A DNA stretch of 64,000 nt from an uncultured cyanobacterium (GTDB lineage: Bacteria; Cyanobacteriota; Cyanobacteriia; Cyanobacteriales; CAWCAG01), in contig CAWDOD010000002.1 of the NCBI GenBank assembly GCA_963803805.1, forward strand, positions 448,001 through 512,000, read 5' to 3'. Positions 39,870 through 50,134 of this stretch are shown here, in pieces. The notes beneath the pieces are model-generated. The model saw nothing but the letters and a program-made list of their open reading frames with translations. It was not told the DNA's origin and ran no database searches. Numbering within the stretch: position 1 is the stretch's first letter; every line of letters begins with the position of its first letter. Both the position numbers and the translations under genes were made by a program.

Positions 39870-39901
39870 TAAGCTGTCAGGCATTTAATTTACTTGTTAG
39901 G
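39870..39901 (+). repeat. TAAGCTGT-family element end; inverted copy at 44119-44150, diverged copy near 50002-50034
   Basis: TAAGCTGTCAGGCATTTAATTTACTTGTTAGG matches the reverse complement of 44119-44150 at 30/32 positions. Confidence 0.75.
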
Positions 39902-40026
39902 GTACGGTGACGAGGAAATACCGGAGAGGCAGAATATTAACTTCTGATCTCAAAACTTACTAGTGGGGGATTTATTTTGATATCATCTTGTGGAACCGAT
40001 TAAATAGGTTCTATTAGGTCTTACCT

Positions 40027-40055
40027 GCATAGGCAAAGCCCACCGTAGGTATCGC
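40027..40055 (+). repeat. SDR5-like 21-nt insertion in a HIP1-like site
   Basis: GCA[TAGGCAAAGCCCACCGTAGGT]ATCGC. Confidence 0.65.
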
Positions 40056-40080
40056 AACTGTTCTTGTCAGGAACGATGAT

Positions 40081-41193
40081 ATGCGTCTATTACAAATTAC
40101 AGCTTACAGTCTCACTGCCCTTGCTGCTGTTAGTTTGACAGCCCAAGCAGGGGAAGAATCTCAACAAGCTGCTGTTGCAACTAACCAAGTAACCTCAGCC
40201 CAAATACAAACTACAGGAGAACTTCTTTCTCAGGAATTAGGAACAGAGTTTTATTTAAAAAACAACCATGATCAACCTCATGCCATAGCAGAATTATCTC
40301 CTCAGACTTCAACCCAAGCTGAGGATCTGCTATCAGAAGAGGTGAACTTAAAACCATTAGAAGTAGCGGCAGAAAATGAACTAGAGGGTAGCTTTACCTG
40401 TGCTTCTGCCCATTCTGTCACCTCACAAACAGAAGAAAATGCTACACCGCAGCAAATAGCTCAATTAAGCAATGCTACTTGCCCTCGCCCCCAACCCATT
40501 AACCTCATTGAGTTGCCGGAAGTAGAAGCAGACTATGCTGCATCTCCTAGCTTAAGCATTTATATCCCTGTTGGTTATGGTGCAGACAACAACACCATCT
40601 TTACCTCCCAAACCTATCAACCCGATGTTAGGGTTGATGAAGGAGGGGTTTACACTGGGGGAATTGGTGTAGGCATCGGTGATGCTGATGAACTGGTAGG
40701 CTTAGAATTATCCTACGCTTTTGAAACCAACGATGATTTTGGTGATGGTGGCTTCAATGCCAAAGTACATCGCCGCTTTGCTAATGATTTTTCCGTTGCT
40801 GCGGGTTGGAATGGTTTCCTGAATATTGGCCGCAATGACTTTGAACAATCTCTCTATGGGGTGGCCACCAAAGTCTTTCGTACTCGCCCTTCTTTAGATG
40901 ATCCCCTCAGCAGAGTAGCTGTTAGCTTAGGCATCGGTAACAACCAATTCCGTTCCGAAGACAACTTTAACGATGGGGAAAATGGTGTTAATGTTTTTGG
41001 CAATGTCGCCGTGCGCGTCATTCGCCCCGTTAGCTTCATTACCGAATGGACAGGACAAGACTTGGCACTAGGGCTTTCCATCGCCCCTTTCAAAGATATT
41101 CCTTTTGTAATCACCCCCGCCGTCAGAGACATTGCTGGCATCGGCGACGGAGCCAGATTTGTGCTGGGTTGGGGTGCTGCATGGCAATTTTAA
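40081..41193 (+). CDS. Secreted/outer-membrane protein (C-terminal beta-barrel-like)
   Basis: Signal peptide (AQA), acidic linker, strand-rich C-terminal half ending WGAAWQF. Confidence 0.7.
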   Translation: MRLLQITAYSLTALAAVSLTAQAGEESQQAAVATNQVTSAQIQTTGELLSQELGTEFYLKNNHDQPHAIAELSPQTSTQAEDLLSEEVNLKPLEVAAENELEGSFTCASAHSVTSQTEENATPQQIAQLSNATCPRPQPINLIELPEVEADYAASPSLSIYIPVGYGADNNTIFTSQTYQPDVRVDEGGVYTGGIGVGIGDADELVGLELSYAFETNDDFGDGGFNAKVHRRFANDFSVAAGWNGFLNIGRNDFEQSLYGVATKVFRTRPSLDDPLSRVAVSLGIGNNQFRSEDNFNDGENGVNVFGNVAVRVIRPVSFITEWTGQDLALGLSIAPFKDIPFVITPAVRDIAGIGDGARFVLGWGAAWQF

Positions 41194-41211
41194 GTAAGGA
41201 GAAATATTTCA

Positions 41212-41619
41212 ATGCGTAAGTTTGCTTATTTCAGCTTTCTCGCTGGCTTATCTTGGTTGGCTATCGGCTTAAGCCCCAACTCTGTTAACGCCCAAAGCCA
41301 GTCTGATATTTCCGGAACCAATATTTGGAACAACGTTGCCCCCATAACTTCTGGGGAAAGTGGTTTAGATCCTGCCCTTGTTAGCCGGATTAGACAGCTT
41401 AATGCCGAAGCAGAACAAACCTTTCAAGACTGCAACGCAGCTATAGTCATTGCTGAACAACAACCTACAGGAGTTCGTCGTTTTTCCCGTCGTCCTAACC
41501 AAATCGCCATCCCTGCTGCTTGCCAGCGTCTCAACACTTTGAGGGGAGAAATGGAAACTCTCAGAACTAGTTTACAAAATCAACCCCAAGCTACAAGTAC
41601 AGATTTTTTCACTTGGTAG
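41212..41619 (+). CDS. Secreted hypothetical protein
   Basis: Signal peptide (VNA), AGGAG RBS, two Cys, helical. Confidence 0.7.
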   Translation: MRKFAYFSFLAGLSWLAIGLSPNSVNAQSQSDISGTNIWNNVAPITSGESGLDPALVSRIRQLNAEAEQTFQDCNAAIVIAEQQPTGVRRFSRRPNQIAIPAACQRLNTLRGEMETLRTSLQNQPQATSTDFFTW

Positions 41620-41663
41620 CCATTAGTTATGAGCAACCAGAGTAGTCTAGAGGAATAAAAATT

Positions 41664-42293
41664 ATGAAGGCAAAAATAGGTTGTTTAGGAAGCAAATTAC
41701 TAACCACTGCTGTAGCAACAGGGTTAGTTAGTTTCTTAGCACCTTCAGTTCAAGCACAGGAATTCTTTGATGGCAACGCGATTGCTTTCAATGAAGATAC
41801 TATAATTGAATTTGAGTTTGTTGAATCCCATGGAGCTTACCAAGCTGCTTTGGGGGTCAGAAACGAAACAACAGGTCAAGAAACCGTATTGTTCCAAGAA
41901 CTTAAACCCTATGATAGCTTTGGTCAGGGAACAACAGAAAGTAGTTCTGTGGGTAATGATAACACCGGAACAGCAACAGATTTCCTTGGTTCAGTTGAAG
42001 GGGGAACCGTAGCTACACGCTTTACTGAATTTACCTTTGAAGCAGGAGAGCGATATTCCTTTTATTTAGTATCTGTTAGTCCCACCGGACAAACAAGTAG
42101 AACAGTTCTTTCTACCCAAAACTTTGCTCGCTTTTTCGGCAGCTTAAATGGTGGGCAGCAAGGAAATGTTACCGGAGTTCGTCTTGGTTGGGAAGATGGT
42201 GGCAGGGTCGAAGTTGGTAACGACAGCGACTATGATGACTTCATTATCGAAGCTGGAGGTTATTTACTAACCAATTGCCCCCCTCTACGTTAA
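41664..42293 (+). CDS. Secreted beta-rich protein (DUF4114-like / PEP-CTERM passenger-type domain without anchor)
   Basis: Signal peptide; FEFVESHGAYQ, GWEDGG..DSDYDDFII. Confidence 0.6.
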   Translation: MKAKIGCLGSKLLTTAVATGLVSFLAPSVQAQEFFDGNAIAFNEDTIIEFEFVESHGAYQAALGVRNETTGQETVLFQELKPYDSFGQGTTESSSVGNDNTGTATDFLGSVEGGTVATRFTEFTFEAGERYSFYLVSVSPTGQTSRTVLSTQNFARFFGSLNGGQQGNVTGVRLGWEDGGRVEVGNDSDYDDFIIEAGGYLLTNCPPLR

Positions 42294-42300
42294 ATTAATT

Positions 42301-42340
42301 AAAAAGGTAGAGAGGTTTTTAAAAACTCATCTACCTTTTT
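42301..42340. terminator. Bidirectional terminator
   Basis: AAAAAGGTAGA...TCTACCTTTTT between convergent genes. Confidence 0.75.
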
Positions 42341-42390
42341 AGCTTTGAACCACATAAGGTACATAGCTTTTTCTCATGCTCCCTACTCCC

Positions 42391-42419
42391 TGTAGCCTAC
42401 GGCAAGGAAGTGCGCCAAC
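42391..42419 (-). repeat. Small dispersed repeat (second copy at 43612-43639)
   Basis: GTTGGCG..CCTTGCCGTAGGCTACA with an identical 17-mer core; both copies are embedded in heptamer repeats. Confidence 0.7.
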
Positions 42420-42480
42420 CCTACTCCCTACCCTCACAGATAAGTCATGTGACCCACGCCCGATTTGGTATTACCTATTA

Positions 42481-43594
42481 CTACAATCCTCTTGCTGTTT
42501 CAGTAACAATTAAATCCACAACATCTTGATAATTGCCTCGTTTTTCATAAGCTTGTCGTTGTCTTTGGGCAGCATTGCCTCGTTTAAGAGTTTGCTTAAC
42601 CAAAGTAGAAATCTCTTGCCAATCTCCTGCGGCTTCCAATGCAGGGCGAATCTCTTCTAACAAAGCTGCAACCAATTCCTTAGCGGGAACAGAATGCTGA
42701 TTAACCACATCAATTAAGTTTCCTGTCAATCCATAACGGGCAGCTTGCCAATGAGCAGATCGTAGCAATTCGTGGCGCACAGGGGCAAACTCTTTTGCTT
42801 CTACAGCTTGTTGATAACAAGTCCAAACTAAAGCCCTGGTTAACCCCGCCATCATCACTGCTTCATCTACGGTTAAGCAAATATCTGTCACCCGAAACTC
42901 AATGGTAGGAAACTTTTCCGAGATGCGGACGTCCCAATAAATTTTGGTAGGATCATTGATGGCTTCTGTGGTGATCAGGGCTTTAACTAACTGTTCATAT
43001 TCGCTATAATTAGCAAAGACTAAAGGTGGCCCAGTTAAAGGTAAACGATACCAAAGTTCTGTACGATAGCTATCATAGCCAGTATCTTTGCCTAACCAGA
43101 AAGGGGAGTTGGCTGTCAGGGCTAACAGTGTTGCTAACCAAATGCGGGCGCGGTTAATGGTTTGGATTGCTAGTTCATGATCTTCTAAGCAAACATGAAC
43201 ATGACAGCCAAAAATCACTAAATCTTTGATGATTTGTTGATATTCTTGCATCAAGCCCCTGTAACGCTCTTTGGGAGTGGTTTGTTGCTTTTGCCAATGG
43301 GAAAAAGGATGGGTTCCTGCGGCGGCGATGGTTTTCCCTTCTTGGGCAGTAGTTTCAATTAAGGTGCGTCGAGAATTGCTGACTAATTCCCGCACTTCTG
43401 CTAAATTATGACAAACAGGGGTAGCAATTTCAATTTGAGAGCGGTGCATTTCCGGTTGCACAACATCTTCTCCTAATTCTTCCCTTGCAGTCGGAATCAG
43501 TTTTTTGCCCCGTTCAATCAATTCTCGCGTTTCAGAGATCAACTACCTGATACTCTTCTTCAACACCAATTGTAAAATCTTTTATAGAAAGCAT
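42481..43594 (-). CDS. Carboxylate-amine (glutamate-cysteine) ligase YbdK family, +1 frameshift near the 5' end
   Basis: ATG 43594 gives MLSIKDFTIGVEEEYQVVD, then GATCTCTGAA (one extra base) joins ETRELI...; also AAGTHPF, GCHVHV, ANSPFW, YWDVR, TIEFR. Confidence 0.88.
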
Positions 43595-43666
43595 TTTAAT
43601 TATTTATCATTGTTGGCGTAAGCCTTGCCGTAGGCTACATTGAACATTAAACATTTCACCAATTTT

Positions 43667-43738
43667 GTAGGGTGTGTTTGTGCGGCGATAAAACTATTAA
43701 TTAAAATAGTAGATTTATGATTCAGCACTTAACGCACC
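43667..43738 (+). repeat. GTAG-type REP-like palindrome
   Basis: GTAGGGTGTGTTTGTGC...GCACTTAACGCACC. Confidence 0.6.
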
Positions 43739-43922
43739 ATTTCCTAGTTGCTGGTTGATTTAGATTATGGGTTAAAATTTAGTTATTCTCACTAATTTAA
43801 CAGAAGAATTTAAGCAAGGAAATCGCTCTTCCGCTATGTATTTCAGGGAAAACGTCTATTTCTTCAGAGAGGGATGACTTGGAGACTGGGTGACTGGGTG
43901 ATGGGAAAGTAATAAGTAATAA

Positions 43923-43984
43923 GTAGGGGCGATCCGTTTCCCAGATGTTATTGACAAACCAGGGTTTAAATTGGGTCGCCCTTA
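43923..43984 (+). repeat. GTAG-type REP-like palindrome within AAGTAAT heptamer repeats
   Basis: GTAGGGGCGATCC...GGGTCGCCCTTA. Confidence 0.6.
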
Positions 43985-44237
43985 ACAAGTAATAAGTTAA
44001 GAGTATAATATTTTTTAGTTCTCTTTTCCCTGAGCTTTTTACCATTAGCGACTAGTAGTCTTTGTCGCAGATTTGCTACTGTGTTTCGGTGACAGCCAAA
44101 TGTCTTAGCTGCTTCCTTCCTAATAAGTAAATTAAATGCCTAACAGCTTACTTCTCATCACCCATATTTAATTGCTGATGCCAAATCTGCCTGGTAGCAT
44201 GGAAATGCTATATCAATACCTGAGAGATCATAACAAT

Positions 44238-45644
44238 TCAATCCCTTCTTACCAAACATTCTTTTGCTAATTCTTGGACTTGTTCATAATTCACTTTCCC
44301 TTGGGCATTGCGAGGCAAAATAGGGGTTGCTAGCCAATATTTAGGTTGCTTAAACTTACATAATTGATTAGCAATAGCGCCTTTCAATTCATTAATAGCA
44401 GTTTCTGATTGCCGGGGAACATAAACTGCTGTAACAGCTTGTCCCCAATAACTATCTGCTAAACCAATGACACAAACATCTTCAACTAACCGAGTTGAAT
44501 AAATAGCTGCTTCTACTTCATTGGGATAAACTTTCTCTCCCCCGGTAATAATCTTTTTGCTGCAACGTCCAACAATATGTAAATATCCTTCCTGATCAAA
44601 ATAACCTAAATCATCAGGTTGGAAAATATCTGTTTGAGCAAAGAGTTGGGGATAGTAACCTAAACAAACAGATTCAGCTTCGATGGTAATAGTCCCTATT
44701 TCCCCCGCCCCACATTCTCTACCCTCACGGTCAGAGATTTTTACTTGGGTATGGGGTAAAATCTGACCACAGCTATTATTCCCGGCTAAAAAGTCTTCTG
44801 GTTTTAAGGTGACGATTTGGGAAGCTGTCTCTGTCATACCGTAGGTAAGTGCCAAAGAAATTTTATTAAACCTTGCCTTAGCTAACAATTCCTGCCAAGG
44901 AGGTGCGCCCCCTAAAAGTACTGTTTGAAACTGGGATAGCCAAGTTGTGGCAGTGGAAGTGAGGAGATATTGCAGTTGGGTAGGTACTAAGGAGATGTAA
45001 AATTCTTTGGGGTCTATGTTGGGCCTAACTCCGGCTTTTAAGGCTTTGTAGGGCAAAACCAACAAACGTCCTCCAGTTAAAAAAGAGCGCAAAAATTGCA
45101 TCAAACCACTAACATGGTACAAGGGAAGAACGCAACAAGAATTAATCGCTTTAGCGCCAAAATAGCTTTGAAAACCCTTGACAGATGCACTCAAAGTTTC
45201 CCAAGTATGGATTGCAAAACGAATTTTACCTGAAGATCCTCCGGTAGGAATCATGATTTTATCTGCATAGAAATTTTTTTTTCCATCTCGAAGGGAATTA
45301 GAGAGAGGGAAATGATATTTGTCAACAGGAAAATCTAATTTTTCTCCCCAGACTAGATCCGGTTGCACTAAATCAAAAACCTGCTGCCATTCTTTAGCTA
45401 TCCAATGAGGATTGCAGAGAAACAGAGGACATCTAGCCGCCACAGCCGCTAAGAATCCGGCGATAAATTTGAGAGGATCACTTTGGGCTAAAAAAATAGT
45501 TGGCGTTTCACCATTTTTAGATAGCTGAGTTAGTTGCTGTAATAATTCTTGAGTTAAGGCATTTAGCTGATTGAGATCAAAATCAACTAACCAATTATCT
45601 TGGCTACGTTCATGTAGAGAAGTAATAATTTGTTCTACTCTCAT
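44238..45644 (-). CDS. menE: o-succinylbenzoate-CoA ligase
   Basis: PTGGSSG, LPLYHVSGL, SLVPTQL, YGMTETASQ; downstream of menC. Confidence 0.92.
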   Translation of the reverse strand: MRVEQIITSLHERSQDNWLVDFDLNQLNALTQELLQQLTQLSKNGETPTIFLAQSDPLKFIAGFLAAVAARCPLFLCNPHWIAKEWQQVFDLVQPDLVWGEKLDFPVDKYHFPLSNSLRDGKKNFYADKIMIPTGGSSGKIRFAIHTWETLSASVKGFQSYFGAKAINSCCVLPLYHVSGLMQFLRSFLTGGRLLVLPYKALKAGVRPNIDPKEFYISLVPTQLQYLLTSTATTWLSQFQTVLLGGAPPWQELLAKARFNKISLALTYGMTETASQIVTLKPEDFLAGNNSCGQILPHTQVKISDREGRECGAGEIGTITIEAESVCLGYYPQLFAQTDIFQPDDLGYFDQEGYLHIVGRCSKKIITGGEKVYPNEVEAAIYSTRLVEDVCVIGLADSYWGQAVTAVYVPRQSETAINELKGAIANQLCKFKQPKYWLATPILPRNAQGKVNYEQVQELAKECLVRRD

Positions 45645-45683
45645 CAGTTATCAATTATTAATTATCAATTATCAGTTATCACT
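45642..45683. repeat. STRR heptamer tandem repeat (TTATCAR)
   Basis: Visible tandem array; other heptamer arrays near 46626-46660, 47693-47735 (TAACATT) and 59647-59669. Confidence 0.75.
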
Positions 45684-45701
45684 TGTCGTCTGGGACTTAA
45701 A

Positions 45702-46622
45702 TTATTTACAAAACCACCTATCGACACCGAAACCCACGGCACGATGGGGAGAAGAGAGTTCTGTTGCTAAGCGGAGTGCCGCTTTTCTCCCTACTTCTGT
45801 TGCCAAAACTGATGAGAAAACCGTATCAATGTGGTATTGCTGACATAGCTTTCTTAATCTTCGGGGAGATCCGGCGATCGCAGCTTTAATGACAAAGATG
45901 CTTCGCCATCCTTGGCGATAACAATCTTCTAGTTGCTTGAGGGTGGCTACCGACTCATCTAAAGCTAGAGGGGTAGCATATTCACTACTCAAAGCCAACA
46001 TTGCCATAAACTGGGAAGGAGCAAGAGGTTGTTCAAGATATTCAACAGTACCGGATGTACTGTCTGCGGCTTTTAACCATCCTTGAGCCTTTTCTAGGTT
46101 TAATCCTCCGTTGGCATCAAGGCGTAGCTTAGCTGCTGATGGCAAATTTTTGATAAGTTGGTGAAAGATGGCCAGTTCTTCTTGAACAGGGGCAAGACCA
46201 ATCTTCCATTTAAAGGTTAATTCTCTACTCTTTGAGTATAACTGTAAACTGGTTAAAGCGTCTTCCCCAGCAGGCAATAAATAGCTGTATTTTAAAGAGT
46301 GCTTTGGGTTAAGTTTATGGAGATCAGTTTCCAACTCTTCTAAAGCTGATTCAAAAGCAAACTGACAAGCTGGTAATTGCTCAGGAATGGCGAAAATTGT
46401 TGTTTTGCTAACTTGAGATGGTAATTCGCGACAAAACTTCTCTGCCGCAACTAAAGTTTCTGAACCAAACCAAGGCAAAGGGGCAATTTCTCCCCAACCT
46501 TCTTTTCCCTCACCATCGGTAAGGCAAATAATAATGCCTTCTCGTACCTCCCAAACCCCGTGACTAGTTTTTAAGGGTTGGCGAAAACGGCGTTGGTAAG
46601 GGATGAAGGTGAATTGGTACAT
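45702..46622 (-). CDS. menC: o-succinylbenzoate synthase
   Basis: GEIAPLP, FKWK, LRLDANG, LEQP, ALDES. Confidence 0.93.
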   Translation of the reverse strand: MYQFTFIPYQRRFRQPLKTSHGVWEVREGIIICLTDGEGKEGWGEIAPLPWFGSETLVAAEKFCRELPSQVSKTTIFAIPEQLPACQFAFESALEELETDLHKLNPKHSLKYSYLLPAGEDALTSLQLYSKSRELTFKWKIGLAPVQEELAIFHQLIKNLPSAAKLRLDANGGLNLEKAQGWLKAADSTSGTVEYLEQPLAPSQFMAMLALSSEYATPLALDESVATLKQLEDCYRQGWRSIFVIKAAIAGSPRRLRKLCQQYHIDTVFSSVLATEVGRKAALRLATELSSPHRAVGFGVDRWFCK

Positions 46623-46693
46623 ATTGCTAGTGGCTAATCGCTAGTGGCTAGTAGCTAATTGGAAACCTTATTTTACCTTTTACCCCTTATCCC

Positions 46694-47668
46694 TTATCCC
46701 TTATCCTTTAAAAACTCATCCACTTCAACTGCCGTTGGTTGAGAGGCGATCGCGCCGGGCTTAGTTGTGGTTAAAGCCCCTACTGCACAAGCATAGGTAA
46801 CAACTTCCTTGGCTACCTGGGCATCTTTTAAGCTAGCAATACCTCGTTTTGCTAGTTGGTGAATTAAACCTGCTACAAAACTATCCCCTGCCCCAGTAGT
46901 TTCTTCCACCTCTACAGAAAAAGAAGTCAGTTTCCCTTCATTTTCTCCCAGGCAGTAACTAATATCTCCATCCCCTGCGGTGACTAAAACCCCTTCTACT
47001 GTATCAAGGCGATATTTAATTGCCCCCGCATCAGTAGTGTCAAATAACCATTCTGCTTCTTCATCAGATAATTTTAGGAAGTCTATATAGGGCCATAGCT
47101 TCTTGATCCAGCTTAGGGCAACTTCAGTATCATCCCAAAACATGGGCCGCCAGTTAACATCTAAAACCACTTTTAAGCCGTACTGTTCAGCTAATTCCAA
47201 AGCACGGAAAACTGCTGAACGAGTTTGGGGATAAGCTAATTCTAGAGTCCCAATCACCAAAAAATCTGCTGTAGCGAAGAGGTTAGTTGGTAACTTTTGC
47301 GGATCAAGAAAGGCATCGGCAAACTCATCGGCTTTTTGATCACCAAATCCAGCAAACTCGCGATCGCCTGTTTCTGAACGTAAGACATAAATTTGCCTGG
47401 TGGGGGCGCTAGGATGATGTTGAACTCCAGAAATATCAACCCCTACTTCTTGGCACAACTGCATTAACTCTTTTCCTGGTTCATCTACCCCCACACAACC
47501 AACAAAACCGGCCCTAGTCCCCAACTTAACTAAAGCACAAGCAACATTAGCAGGGGCCCCTCCTGGATAAGGAGTCCAAGCCGTCACCTCTTCTAATTTC
47601 TTGCCTCGCTCATTAGCCAAACAATCAAAGAGAATTTCCCCTAAACAAAGAACAGATAAATTACTCAC
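46694..47668 (-). CDS. PfkB-family carbohydrate kinase (fructokinase-like)
   Basis: LGEILFD, GGAPANVA, DVNWRP, TTGAGDSF. GTG 47668 is preferred because the longer start overlaps STRR repeats. Confidence 0.93.
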   Translation of the reverse strand: MSNLSVLCLGEILFDCLANERGKKLEEVTAWTPYPGGAPANVACALVKLGTRAGFVGCVGVDEPGKELMQLCQEVGVDISGVQHHPSAPTRQIYVLRSETGDREFAGFGDQKADEFADAFLDPQKLPTNLFATADFLVIGTLELAYPQTRSAVFRALELAEQYGLKVVLDVNWRPMFWDDTEVALSWIKKLWPYIDFLKLSDEEAEWLFDTTDAGAIKYRLDTVEGVLVTAGDGDISYCLGENEGKLTSFSVEVEETTGAGDSFVAGLIHQLAKRGIASLKDAQVAKEVVTYACAVGALTTTKPGAIASQPTAVEVDEFLKDKG

Positions 47669-47865
47669 TCTTATCCTAGCCCTCATACCATTCAACATTT
47701 AACATTTAACATTTAACATTTAATATTCAACATTGAGCAATTAGTAATCTAAAACACCCTCTGAAATAACTTTTTCCTTAAATACTGCAAAGTATTGTCT
47801 TCAAAGTGACTTATATCTTCTAAAATTGAAACGACTGTAAGTAAATATACCAAGAGTAAAAACCT

Positions 47866-48159
47866 ATGGCTGGCTGTGAATCTCATCCAACTTCGGTACT
47901 TTCTGAGCGAGAACTCCAAATTATAGAACTTGTAGCTTCCGGGTTAACTAATTTTGAAGTAGCCCAAAAGCTAGAAATTAGCAAAAGAACTGTTGATAAT
48001 CACATCAGCAATATTCTCAACAAAACTGCTACAGGCAACCGCGTAGCTATGGTTCGTTGGGCTTTGTTATCAGGAAAAGTTTGTTTAGATAACTGGAATT
48101 GCTGCTATCTACCTAACGATCAAGCTATATCTCCTAGCTTGGCTTCGGAAGCAGTTTAG
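47866..48159 (+). CDS. pedR: LuxR-type redox-responsive regulator PedR
   Basis: LSERELQIIELVASGLTN..SKRTVDNHISNIL, with the C-terminal GKVCLDNWNCC. Confidence 0.88.
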   Translation: MAGCESHPTSVLSERELQIIELVASGLTNFEVAQKLEISKRTVDNHISNILNKTATGNRVAMVRWALLSGKVCLDNWNCCYLPNDQAISPSLASEAV

Positions 48160-48190
48160 GCTAATCTACACACGACTAATTCAAACCTCA

Positions 48191-48811
48191 ATGTATCTCA
48201 GATTAAGAAAATTTGGCTTGTTGTTAATGGGCAAACTAAAAAGCAAACTTCCTCATCTACAACAACTCAGTTTCTATATCTTGATGGCATTTTTGTTAAT
48301 TAATCTTAATAGTTGTAGTGATCGCGGTTTTGTTACCCCGCCAGCAAAGAATTTAGGTTCTAGCCTGAATAGCAAAGCCGCAGAAAGATATCCTCATTTT
48401 TCTTATGATGGTCGCTATCTTGTATTCGCTTCAGATCGCCGCGGACAAAGAAGTATTTTCTTTTATGAATTACTATCCCGTCGGTTATTAGAATTACCAG
48501 GACTAAACCAACCAGGTAGTATGCAAGATCAACCAGATATTAGCGCAGATGGTCGCTATATCGTCTATGTTTCCGAACAGCTTGGGAAACCAGATATCTT
48601 CATTTATGATCGCAAGATAGGCAAAGCAGAGGCAATTACCAAGGATCTTTTAGGAGAAGTACGCCATCCTTCTATGAGCGGTAATGGTCGTTTTGTTACT
48701 TTTGAGATTAATCGTGCTGGTCAATGGGATTTAGAAATTTATGATCGCGGTTCTGGTATTGAACTTTCTATTCCCCAAGCGCCAAAAATCATAGCACCCT
48801 CTGCTGAGTAA
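48191..48811 (+). CDS. TolB-like PD40-repeat lipoprotein
   Basis: Lipobox-like LNSC; three SxDGRY/SGNGRF repeats. Confidence 0.85.
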   Translation: MYLRLRKFGLLLMGKLKSKLPHLQQLSFYILMAFLLINLNSCSDRGFVTPPAKNLGSSLNSKAAERYPHFSYDGRYLVFASDRRGQRSIFFYELLSRRLLELPGLNQPGSMQDQPDISADGRYIVYVSEQLGKPDIFIYDRKIGKAEAITKDLLGEVRHPSMSGNGRFVTFEINRAGQWDLEIYDRGSGIELSIPQAPKIIAPSAE

Positions 48812-49213
48812 TTAGGTGATAGGTAATAATAGCTAATGTTTTTGAGAAATACTTGGATTGAAAATTTTAATGAATAAAAGTTTGTTAATCAAACTATTTT
48901 ATAAATAACTCATAAAAGGAAAATATCTTACTAAAGAACAGCTATTAATTTAGTCAAATCTGTTTTTGCTATGTTAACCAAGTAACTTTTTTTGCCTATT
49001 CATTCTCAACAACAAGTTATTGTTCCTAAAAAAGAGCAAAAATATGGATATTTCTGTTTCGTTCTGAAAGAAAGTTTCTGAACTTTACACAAATTAATTT
49101 GATGAAGAGTTGATGAAGATGGCTTTTGTTGTCCACAGAAAATGTATTCTATGGTGGCTGGACTGAAAATTCAGCTCAATATCTCCATTCGGAAACTAAC
49201 TAACACGATTATT

Positions 49214-49825
49214 ATGAAAACTAGTCATTTTCTAGTCAATTCATCTTTGACCTTTCTTGGTTGCTCTTGTTTAATTGTATCACCAGCTACTGCACAAATC
49301 CTTAACTTAGAAGTACTCAGTGCTGATATCACAACAGAAGAAACTGATTTCAAATTAAATACCTTAGATATCCCCACTGCTGGGGAGTTAGATCCTACAA
49401 ATTTGTTCCGTTTTGATTGGGATATTCAAGCTCTAAATACTTTCGATTTTCCTGTACTTGCTGACCTTCTTTCCTTTGATTTATTTGAAATAGATGAAAA
49501 CGGAGAAGACGACTTTCTAGGAAATTTCGTTTTTGGTCCTCCTTCTCAGGATGTCATTATAGCACCAGGACAAATAGGTCGCGCTCCTTGTGTTTTTCCT
49601 GATACTTGTTCCCGACGTTTTAATATCCCAGGAAGTCAACTTAACCCAGCTATAGATGATTTTGAAGGCAGCCAGCTTGAGTTTGCTTTAAGAAATGTGC
49701 AAGTCACAGCTTCAAGAATTCAGGAGCCACCTTCACTGGTTCCTGAACCAGGTACAACTGCCGCTACTATCCTTGCTGGCATCACAGCAGCTTTAGTTTG
49801 TAAGCAACGTAAGGATGCGAAATAA
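49214..49825 (+). CDS. PEP-CTERM sorting domain protein
   Basis: Signal peptide from ATG 49214; C-terminal VPEP-TM-KQRK. Confidence 0.88.
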   Translation: MKTSHFLVNSSLTFLGCSCLIVSPATAQILNLEVLSADITTEETDFKLNTLDIPTAGELDPTNLFRFDWDIQALNTFDFPVLADLLSFDLFEIDENGEDDFLGNFVFGPPSQDVIIAPGQIGRAPCVFPDTCSRRFNIPGSQLNPAIDDFEGSQLEFALRNVQVTASRIQEPPSLVPEPGTTAATILAGITAALVCKQRKDAK

Positions 49826-50134
49826 CTGATACCGTTTTTCTTTAGTTATGTCGGAAAGATACTGGTTTAATTAAGCAGAAAAACAAGTTTCACGAGAAAC
49901 CGAAGAAAAGCTATGAGCTAAGACACATTAAAACTATAATTTCCGGCATTAATTAAATAACTGTCAATGTCTTTACTTGTTCCCTATTCCCTGTTCCCTT
50001 ACCTCACCAACCAATTTACAAGCATAACAGCTTAAGCAGGGCTGTCTCCTTTTTAAAAAAAGAAGGTAGCCCTCATTTTAAGTAATTTTTATCAATAAAA
50101 TATCAAAGCAATATATTTTATAACATCAAAGGAA

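Noticed and set aside
43797-44045. 82-aa minus-strand ORF
   Set aside because: Runs through REP-like and heptamer repeats; no family resemblance.
49828-49965. Possible degenerate MITE (TTATGTCGGAAA / TTTCCGGCATTAA)
   Set aside because: Inverted repeat too imperfect and no target duplication; cannot be supported.
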